NCBI GenBank assembly: GCA_964401865.1
Contig: CAYNZZ010000002.1
Coordinates: forward strand, 1 to 32,000
From: an uncultured Erysipelotrichaceae bacterium
Lineage (GTDB): Bacteria; Bacillota_I; Bacilli_A; Erysipelotrichales; Erysipelotrichaceae
Direction: 5' to 3'
DNA: 32,000 nucleotides
In this document: piece by piece, positions 24,958 to 31,650 of the stretch
Layout of the letters: every line of letters starts with the position of its first letter
Numbering within the stretch: position 1 is the stretch's first letter
Program-made: the position numbers and the translations under genes
Notes under the pieces: model-generated
Told to the model about the DNA's origin: nothing
The model's database searches: none
Seen by the model: the letters and a program-made list of their open reading frames with translations, nothing else

Positions 24958-25651
24958 TTTGACAACAATAGTATATTACATTGTACTTATAACTTTGATA
25001 ATGTCGATATTTTATGTATCGTTTAGAATTTTTGCTGCTCCAGTTGCCAGTGAAGATACTGCTGTTAGAACTAAGAGTTCTTATGCATTAATGCTGGTAC
25101 AATGTTTTTTGGGCTTGGCGGCTCTTTCTTTGCCTGATATGTTCGCAAAGAAATTTTTAAAAACTATTCCAAGTAATATGTTGATTTTATACTTTATTTT
25201 CTTGTATTGTGCAATATATCTAGGTGAAGTAAGAGACTTTTATTATCGCTATAATTCATGGGATACAATATTGCACATGTTTTCAGGTGGAATGCTTGGA
25301 ACTTTAGGTTTTAGCTTTGTTACGCTATTGAATAAAACCGATAAGATACCTATGAATTTGTCACCTTTTTTCGTGGCAATGTTCGCATTTTGTTTTGCGA
25401 TTACAATTGGTGTGTTTTGGGAGATATATGAATTTTCTTTCGATGGTTTATTACATTTAAATATGCAGAAGTTTATGACTGAAGATGGTATTATGTTTGT
25501 GGGAAGGGAAGCTTTAAGAGATACAATGGAAGATTTGATTGTCGATGGTATTGGAGCTTTTATTATTTCGAGTATCGGTTATATCTCTTTGAAATATAAA
25601 ACTAAATTTATTGAGAAATTTAGTTTCTTGCCTGTCAATAAACAAAAATAA
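24941..25651 (+). CDS. Polytopic membrane protein of unknown function (possibly YjdF/DUF2238-like)
   Basis: About 6 hydrophobic helices. Conserved-looking polar positions WDTILHMFSGG, FWEIYEFSFDG and DTMEDLIVDGIGA. Overlaps the GYF gene by 17 nt. Confidence 0.6.
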   Translation: MKKKHNLTTIVYYIVLITLIMSIFYVSFRIFAAPVASEDTAVRTKSSYALMLVQCFLGLAALSLPDMFAKKFLKTIPSNMLILYFIFLYCAIYLGEVRDFYYRYNSWDTILHMFSGGMLGTLGFSFVTLLNKTDKIPMNLSPFFVAMFAFCFAITIGVFWEIYEFSFDGLLHLNMQKFMTEDGIMFVGREALRDTMEDLIVDGIGAFIISSIGYISLKYKTKFIEKFSFLPVNKQK

Positions 25652-25702
25652 GTTATAATGTAGCTTAGACTATTTAACATAAATTTAAAAAGGGGATTAA
25701 TT

Positions 25703-27031
25703 ATGCGTATATATAATACAAAGACACTAAAAGTTGAAGAATTTGTTCCTATCAGTGAAGGTGAAGTAAAAATGTATGTTTGTGGGCCTACTGTTTACAA
25801 TCATGCTCATGTGGGCAATGTTAGACCAGTGGTTGTTTTTGATACACTTAGGAGAGTTTTTGAAGCTGAAGGTTATCAAGTGAAATATGTTTCAAACTAT
25901 ACCGATGTTGATGACAAAATAATCAATGAAGCAAGTAAAAAAGGCATTAGCGAACTAGAGTTGACTAATGAAATGATTGAAGCATTTGATCAAGTTAGAC
26001 ATTTATTAAACGCTAAAGATTTGTATAAGACACCAAGAGTAACTGAAATGATGCAGGATATTATTGAATTCATTCAAGAATTAGTGATGAGAGGGTATGC
26101 TTACGAAGTCGATGGAGATGTATTCTTTAGAACTTCAGCAATTAAAGATTATGGTACTCTTTCTAAACAAAACTTGGAAGATTTAAAAGTTGGCGCTCGA
26201 ATAGAAGAGAATACTAAAAAAGAATCGCCACTTGATTTTGTATTATGGAAGAAAACTGATATGGGTATTAAGTGGCCATCATGTTTTTCAAGTGGTAGGC
26301 CAGGTTGGCACACAGAGTGTGTTGCAATGATTAGAAAAGAACTGGGTCAATTAATCGATATTCATGGTGGTGGTAAGGATTTGAAGTTTCCTCATCACGA
26401 AAACGAAAGAGCACAAGCAAAAGCATTATTCAATACTGATCTAGCTAACTATTGGATGCATAGCGGAATGATTGACATTGAAGGAGTTAAGATGTCAAAG
26501 TCATTAGGAAATACCATAATTGCGAAAGATATTTTAGAAAAAGTTGATCCTAAAGTATTGCGCTGGTTTTTATTGGCCACTCATTATCGTAGCGATTTAA
26601 ACATTTCTGAGGTTATGTTGGAATCGGCGAATAAAGAATATTTAAAAGTATATAATGCACTACATCAGGCAATGATTAAATTAGCTTTAAATGATTATTA
26701 TAGCGACGAAATTAATGAAGAGATGTTTAGATGCTTCTTAAATGAAATGGAAGATGATTTAAATACTCCTAATGCTTATGCGTCTATTTATGAGATGGTT
26801 AAAAATGTTAATCAGACCTTGCGTGAAAGAGAAGTCGATTGTCATAAACTATCTATGATTGCAAATGCTCTTAGACGTTCGCTTTCGGTTTTGGGAATTG
26901 AATATGAAGATGTCATTTTAACTGATGAGGATAAAAAATTATACAATTCTTGGTTGGATGCCAAAAAGAATAGAGATTTCGATTTAGCTGATGAGTATCG
27001 TCTGAAACTAAATGAAAAAGGTATTTTGTAG
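25703..27031 (+). CDS. cysS: Cysteinyl-tRNA synthetase
   Basis: CGPTVYNHAHVGN (HIGH), KMSKSLGN and WHTECVAM. SD AAGGGGA upstream. A TATAAT at 25654-25659 may be its promoter. Confidence 0.95.
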   Translation: MRIYNTKTLKVEEFVPISEGEVKMYVCGPTVYNHAHVGNVRPVVVFDTLRRVFEAEGYQVKYVSNYTDVDDKIINEASKKGISELELTNEMIEAFDQVRHLLNAKDLYKTPRVTEMMQDIIEFIQELVMRGYAYEVDGDVFFRTSAIKDYGTLSKQNLEDLKVGARIEENTKKESPLDFVLWKKTDMGIKWPSCFSSGRPGWHTECVAMIRKELGQLIDIHGGGKDLKFPHHENERAQAKALFNTDLANYWMHSGMIDIEGVKMSKSLGNTIIAKDILEKVDPKVLRWFLLATHYRSDLNISEVMLESANKEYLKVYNALHQAMIKLALNDYYSDEINEEMFRCFLNEMEDDLNTPNAYASIYEMVKNVNQTLREREVDCHKLSMIANALRRSLSVLGIEYEDVILTDEDKKLYNSWLDAKKNRDFDLADEYRLKLNEKGIL

Positions 27032-27420
27032 TGAACATAGATATTAAAGAAATTAGTGCTAATTCTTTTTCGTTTATCGGCGATGCGATATACTCTTTAA
27101 AAGTAAGAGAATATTTTATATCTAACCATTATCAAAAGAGTAGTTTGCTTCCAAAATTATGCAATCGATACGTTAGTGCAAAAGGACAGACAAAAACTTT
27201 CAATAGACTAAATGATGAGCATTTCTTTAATGAAAAGGAAATAGAGATTTTTAAAAGAGGTCGTAATCATATTACTCATATACCTAAAAATGGTGATTTG
27301 ATAACATATCAGATTGCTAGTGGACTGGAAGCAATATGTGGCTATTTATATCTTAGTGACAAAAAACGTTTGGAAGAATTGTTTACAAAGATATTTGAAG
27401 GAGGAATAAATAATGAATGA
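27031..27420 (+). CDS. mrnC: Mini-ribonuclease III
   Basis: FIGDAIYSLKVREY. 129 aa. Conserved position between cysS and rlmB. The GTG start shares 1 nt with the cysS TAG stop. Confidence 0.85.
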   Translation: MNIDIKEISANSFSFIGDAIYSLKVREYFISNHYQKSSLLPKLCNRYVSAKGQTKTFNRLNDEHFFNEKEIEIFKRGRNHITHIPKNGDLITYQIASGLEAICGYLYLSDKKRLEELFTKIFEGGINNE

Positions 27421-28114
27421 GTTAATTTGGGGTAGAAATTCCTTTAACGAAGCAATTAAAAATGAGCGCATATTGTGTGCGTATATCACTTCTGATTCTT
27501 CGTATTTAAAAGATTTAAAAACTAAAAATATCAAATGTAAAACGGTTTCTAAACACGAATTAGATATGATGACAAAGTATGCGAATCATCAGGGCATCGT
27601 GTGCGAAATAAGACCATATGAATTATATAGTGTTGAAGAGATGATTAAAGAGAATAATGGCTTGATTATTGTATTAGATGGTTTAAAAGATCCTCATAAT
27701 TTAGGAGCTATCTTAAGAACTGCTGACAGTGTTGGCGCTGATGGGGTGATTTACAAGAAACACAATAGTGTTAAACTCAATTCAACGGTTGCTAAAGTGT
27801 CGTCTGGCGCTATTGAATATGTTAAGGTGGCTGAGGTTATCAACATTGTAAACACTTTAAAAATGTTGAAAAAAGCTGGTTATTGGGTTGTTGGTACTGA
27901 TGCAAGTGCTACAAAATCATATATTGAACAAGATTTTAATATGAATACGGTCTTGATAGTTGGCTCGGAAGGCGAAGGAATTTCCCGTTTAGTAAGGGAG
28001 GAGTGTGATTTCTTGGTTTCTCTTCCAATGCTTGGACATGTAACTTCATTAAATGCATCTGTTGCTGCTGGAGTTATGATGTATCAGGTTTTAGCTAATC
28101 GAAATAGTAATTAA
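27413..28114 (+). CDS. rlmB: 23S rRNA 2'-O-methyltransferase, TrmH/SpoU family (RlmB)
   Basis: LDGLKDPHNLGAILRTA, LIVGSEGEGIS and LPMLGHVTSLNASVAAG. SD GAAGGAGGA. Overlaps mrnC by 8 nt. Confidence 0.85.
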   Translation: MNELIWGRNSFNEAIKNERILCAYITSDSSYLKDLKTKNIKCKTVSKHELDMMTKYANHQGIVCEIRPYELYSVEEMIKENNGLIIVLDGLKDPHNLGAILRTADSVGADGVIYKKHNSVKLNSTVAKVSSGAIEYVKVAEVINIVNTLKMLKKAGYWVVGTDASATKSYIEQDFNMNTVLIVGSEGEGISRLVREECDFLVSLPMLGHVTSLNASVAAGVMMYQVLANRNSN

Positions 28115-28168
28115 AAATGATAGTTTTCCACAATTTGTTTGGATAAAACGGACAAAAAGTGGTCAAAA

Positions 28169-28207
28169 TTATCATTTTTTGATAAATCAATTATCAAACT
28201 TTGATAG
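28169..28207. promoter_or_regulatory. Four phased half-sites TTATCA / TGATAA / TTATCA / TGATAg at 11-bp intervals (candidate operator array)
   Basis: The half-sites start at 28169, 28180, 28191 and 28202 in alternating orientation, 34-72 nt upstream of the sigH-like ATG. Confidence 0.5.
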
Positions 28208-28228
28208 GTTTAGCTTAAAACTCTAGTT

Positions 28229-28234
28229 CATAAT
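28229..28234 (+). promoter_or_regulatory. -10-like CATAAT located 6 nt upstream of the sigma factor ATG (candidate leaderless promoter)
   Basis: CATAAT-TTAAGT-ATG. No SD. No convincing -35. Confidence 0.35.
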
Positions 28235-28240
28235 TTAAGT

Positions 28241-28843
28241 ATGGAGACACAAGAATTAATTAAAAGAGTTAAAGATAACGATGAAGAAGCCTTTATAGAA
28301 ATATCGGAGCAATTTCGGCCAATGATTTATTCGTTTATTCAGTCCAATCATTTAGATCAAGGAGATTATTCAATCAATAGAGAGGACTTGTTTCAGGAAG
28401 GGCTAATTGCTCTATATGAAGCTTGCAAACTTTATGATGAAAACAGAGCGGCTAGCTTTCACACTTTTGCTCACGTAGTGGTTCAAAGAAGAATTAAAAG
28501 GATTTATATGCAACAGTATCGTCGCTATAAACATGAGTGTTATTCAATAGATGTTATAAAAGACGGTGTTTCATATGACAATTTAAAGAAAGTAAAAGTA
28601 AATGAAGATCCTAAACTTAATTATCAAAGAAAGGAGAAATACAATGAGCTTCTTCGTTATTACGATTCTTTAACAAGGGTGGAAAAGGACATTGTCAATT
28701 TAAGAAATAAACATTATACCTATAAACAGATATCAGATTATTTAAATATTTCTGAAAAGACCATAGATAACAGAATTCAGAAAATTAGACGTCAGTTTAG
28801 AAGAATTAAAGAACTAGAGAAGCTAGAAAGCATAAGCAGATAA
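28241..28843 (+). CDS. sigH: Sigma-70 family factor, SigH-like
   Basis: Region 2 DLFQEGLIALYEACKLYDENRAASFHTFAHVVVQRRI..YKH parallels Bacillus SigH as I recall it. Region 4 HTH YKQISDYLNISEKTIDNRIQKIRR. The position after cysS-mrnC-rlmB matches Bacillus. Confidence 0.7.
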   Translation: METQELIKRVKDNDEEAFIEISEQFRPMIYSFIQSNHLDQGDYSINREDLFQEGLIALYEACKLYDENRAASFHTFAHVVVQRRIKRIYMQQYRRYKHECYSIDVIKDGVSYDNLKKVKVNEDPKLNYQRKEKYNELLRYYDSLTRVEKDIVNLRNKHYTYKQISDYLNISEKTIDNRIQKIRRQFRRIKELEKLESISR

Positions 28844-28859
28844 AGCTTTACAGAACTTG

Positions 28860-28888
28860 TTGATATTCAATATTTGCTTTGATATAAT
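28860..28888 (+). promoter_or_regulatory. rpsB promoter: -35 TTGATA, 17-nt spacer, -10 TATAAT
   Basis: TTGATA at 28860-28865 and TATAAT at 28883-28888. Confidence 0.7.
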
Positions 28889-28894
28889 ATAAAA

Positions 28895-28998
28895 GCATTT
28901 TATTGCAAATACGCACATTGTGAATTCACCATTTCCGTGCCCATGTGGTCAGTGGTGTTTGAAACAATGGAGGAGAAACGGAAAGAGAGGAAAAACAA
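28895..28998 (+). promoter_or_regulatory. Structured 5' leader of rpsB (candidate S2 autoregulatory element)
   Basis: TTTCCGT (28932-28938) is complementary to ACGGAAA (28978-28984), which abuts the SD AGAGAGG. There is an inner CCAT / ATGG helix, and CACC / GGTG pairing is possible. Not folded computationally. Confidence 0.35.
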
Positions 28999-29994
28999 AT
29001 GCAATTAGTTTCTATGCGCAAGCTTCTAGAAAACGGTGTACATTTTGGTCATCAAACTAGAAGATGGGATCCTAAATGTAAACCATTCATCTATACTGCT
29101 AAGAATGGTATTTACATTATTGACTTGAACAAAACTCAAAAAGATTTACAAGTAGCTTATGACAAAATGAAGGAAATCGCTGAAAAGGGCGGTAAAGTAT
29201 TGTTTGTTGGAACAAAGAAACAAGCTCAACAAATCATTTTGGATGAAGCTTTAAGATCTGGTAGCTTCTACATTAACCAAAGATGGTTAGGCGGTACTTT
29301 AACTAACTTCCGCACAATTCAAAAACGTATCAAACGTTTGATTGAAATCGAAGAAATGGAAGCATCTGGAACAATCAATGTATATCCTAAAAAGGAAATT
29401 GCTATTATTCGTAAAGAGGCGACTCGTTTAGATAATTTCTTAGGCGGAATTAAAGAAATGAAGAAATTACCTGATGCTGTTGTAGTGGTTGATCCTACAG
29501 AAGAGCACAATGCAGTTGCTGAAGCTCGTAAATTAAATATTCCTGTATTCGGTTTATGTGATACTAACTGCAATCCTGCATTAGTTGATTATCCAATCCC
29601 TGCTAATGATGATGCAGTTAAATCAATTAAATTATTGATGTCTTTATTAGCTGATGCTATTGTTGAAACAAAAGGCGGAATCTTACAAGATGCTTACCAA
29701 GAAGATGAAAACATTGAAGATATCACTATGGATGATGTAATCATCAATGTTGAAAAACACGCCGAAGAACAAGAAAAACGCCGTCGTCAAAAGAATGAAG
29801 AACGTAAGAATCGTCAACAACGTCGTTTTAATTCAGAAAAACGTTTCATAAGCAAAAAAGAAGAAACAGTAAAAACTGAGGAAAAAGTTGAAGAAGTAAA
29901 AGAAACAGCTGAAGTAGTTGCGGAAGCAACTGAAGAAACAGCTGAAGCACCTAAAAAACGTGGACGCAAGAAAAAAGAAGTAGTGGAGGAATAA
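28999..29994 (+). CDS. rpsB: 30S ribosomal protein S2 with a long charged C-terminal extension
   Basis: [21 protein letters not shown]. The core ends near residue 225, followed by about 100 aa rich in K, E and R. Confidence 0.95.
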   Translation: MQLVSMRKLLENGVHFGHQTRRWDPKCKPFIYTAKNGIYIIDLNKTQKDLQVAYDKMKEIAEKGGKVLFVGTKKQAQQIILDEALRSGSFYINQRWLGGTLTNFRTIQKRIKRLIEIEEMEASGTINVYPKKEIAIIRKEATRLDNFLGGIKEMKKLPDAVVVVDPTEEHNAVAEARKLNIPVFGLCDTNCNPALVDYPIPANDDAVKSIKLLMSLLADAIVETKGGILQDAYQEDENIEDITMDDVIINVEKHAEEQEKRRRQKNEERKNRQQRRFNSEKRFISKKEETVKTEEKVEEVKETAEVVAEATEETAEAPKKRGRKKKEVVEE

Positions 29995-29997
29995 TTC

Positions 29998-30888
29998 ATG
30001 GCTATTACTGCATCTGATGTTAAAGAATTAAGAGAACGCACTGGCGCAGGTATGATGGACTGCAAAAAGGCTCTTACTGAGTGCGATGGTGATTTAGATA
30101 AAGCTATCGACTGGTTAAGAGAAAAAGGTATTGCCAAAGCCGCTAAGAAAGAATCAAGAATTGCTGCTGAAGGTTTATCAAAAGCAATTGTTGATGGTAA
30201 TGTTGCTTGTTTGGTGGAAATCAACACTGAAACAGACTTTGTTGCAAAGAATGAAAGTTTCTTAAGATTATTAGATGATACTTGCAATGTTATCATCAAA
30301 AACAAGCCAACTGATTTGGAAGCTGCTCTAGCTTTAGATGTTAATGGTAAAACATTAAATGATTTATATGTTGAAGCTATCGCTACAATTGGTGAAAAGA
30401 TTTCTTTAAGACGTTTTGAAGTTATTGAAAAAAATGACGAAGATTGTTTCGGTGTTTATATGCACAATGGTGGGCAAATTTCTGTTGTTTCTGTATTGAA
30501 GAACACAAGTGATGCACAGGTTGCTAAATATATTGCAATGCAAATTGCATCTATGGCTCCTCAATATGTTTCAAGAAACGATATGCCTACTGATGTTGTT
30601 GAACATGAGAGACAGATTCAAACTGAAATCGTCAAGAATGATGAAAAATTCATTGGAAAACCTGAAAAGGTTATCGAAGGCGCTATTGAAGGTAAGGTAT
30701 CTAAATCTTTACAAGATATGTGCTTAGTTGATCAAATTTATTTCTTAGATCCTTCTAAGAAATGTGGTCAATTCTTGAAAGAGAATAATACTGAAGTATC
30801 TAAATTTGTACGTTACTTGGTTGGCGAAGGAATTGAAAAACGTCAAGAAAATTTTGCCGATGAAGTTTCTAAACAAATGGGTCAATAA
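29998..30888 (+). CDS. tsf: Elongation factor Ts
   Basis: MAITASDVKELRERTGAGMMDCKKAL. 296 aa. SD GGAGGA upstream. Confidence 0.97.
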   Translation: MAITASDVKELRERTGAGMMDCKKALTECDGDLDKAIDWLREKGIAKAAKKESRIAAEGLSKAIVDGNVACLVEINTETDFVAKNESFLRLLDDTCNVIIKNKPTDLEAALALDVNGKTLNDLYVEAIATIGEKISLRRFEVIEKNDEDCFGVYMHNGGQISVVSVLKNTSDAQVAKYIAMQIASMAPQYVSRNDMPTDVVEHERQIQTEIVKNDEKFIGKPEKVIEGAIEGKVSKSLQDMCLVDQIYFLDPSKKCGQFLKENNTEVSKFVRYLVGEGIEKRQENFADEVSKQMGQ

Positions 30889-30909
30889 AAAGGGATTTTT
30901 CCCTTTTTT
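30888..30909 (+). terminator. Intrinsic terminator after tsf
   Basis: AAGGGA-tttt-TCCCTT followed by TTTT. Confidence 0.75.
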
Positions 30910-30927
30910 GTTTAAATGAACATTTAA

Positions 30928-31650
30928 ATGGAGAATATGATGTACAAACGTGTTTTATTAAAATTGAGTGGCGAAGCCTTGGGTAATGATAAAGATTGCT
31001 TTGATGTCGATGTGCTTAATAAAGTCGCTGATGAAGTAAAAAGTATCGTCGAACATGGAGTAGAAGTTTCGATTGTTTGCGGTGGTGGCAATTTTGTAAG
31101 AGGACGCACATTATCGAAATTAGATTTTGATCGTGTTACTTCCGATTATATCGGTATGCTTGGAACCGTTATGAATGCAATGGCCCTTGAGACTACTTTA
31201 AAGAAAAAAGGTGTAAAAGCCATTGCTATGTCAGCACTTGATGTCGCATGCGTTGAAAGACATAATCCTATTAAAGCTAAAGAATTGCTCGATAATGGTT
31301 ATGTTGTTATTTTTGGTGGTGGAACTGGAAGAGCTTATTTTTCTACTGATACCACTTCATCGCTTTGTGCGAGTGAAATTGGTGCCGATGTTATCCTAAT
31401 GGCAAAAAATGGTGTAGATGGTGTGTATAATGCCGATCCAAATGTTGATGTCTCGGCAAAACGCTATGATGTTTTAAGTTTTGATGATATACTAAATATG
31501 AAGTTAAAAGTTATAGACAGTACTGCTGCCAGCATGTGCATTGATAACAATATTGAAGCTTTTGTATTCGATATGAAAGAAGATGGAAATATTTCTAAAG
31601 CAGCATTAGGCGAGGCTATCGGTACTCGTATCATAACAGGGAGGAAATAA
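30928..31650 (+). CDS. pyrH: UMP kinase
   Basis: YKRVLLKLSGEALG, VCGGGNF and IFGGGTG. The start is ambiguous among ATG 30928, 30937 and 30940. I kept 30928 because the N-terminal length resembles what I recall of Bacillus PyrH. Confidence 0.9.
   Translation: MENMMYKRVLLKLSGEALGNDKDCFDVDVLNKVADEVKSIVEHGVEVSIVCGGGNFVRGRTLSKLDFDRVTSDYIGMLGTVMNAMALETTLKKKGVKAIAMSALDVACVERHNPIKAKELLDNGYVVIFGGGTGRAYFSTDTTSSLCASEIGADVILMAKNGVDGVYNADPNVDVSAKRYDVLSFDDILNMKLKVIDSTAASMCIDNNIEAFVFDMKEDGNISKAALGEAIGTRIITGRK

Noticed and set aside
28169-28207. Interpreting the TGATAA/TTATCA repeats as a Fur box.
   Set aside because: The hexamer matches the Fur-family half-site core. However, the established 7-1-7 box (TGATAAT-n-ATTATCA) leaves 3 nt between the TGATAA and TTATCA hexamers, while here there are 5 nt with an 11-bp period. 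I report it as an unassigned operator-like array instead.
28943-29008. A 21-codon uORF ([21 protein letters not shown]) in the rpsB leader.
   Set aside because: There is no SD upstream of its ATG. It overlaps the rpsB start out of frame, and the region is better explained as RNA structure.
29814-30305. A 163-aa ORF on the minus strand spanning the rpsB/tsf junction.
   Set aside because: It is antisense to two strongly recognisable genes. Its length is explained by GAA/AAA-rich sense codons, which give stop-free TTC/TTT antisense codons. It has no SD and no recognisable motifs.
2844-30727. Other short ORFs from the track nested in or antisense to annotated genes. Examples are 2844..3038, 3111..3311, 3606..3833, 7382..7645, 8457..8750, 9574..9783, 10413..10685, 12885..13151, 13269..13496, 14466..15096, 17650..17835, 18403..18922, 22547..22729, 27346..27534, 29319..29573, 30509..30727 and 30924..31109.
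   Set aside because: All lie within confidently identified genes, lack SD or promoter signals and have low-complexity composition. I treat them as chance ORFs.
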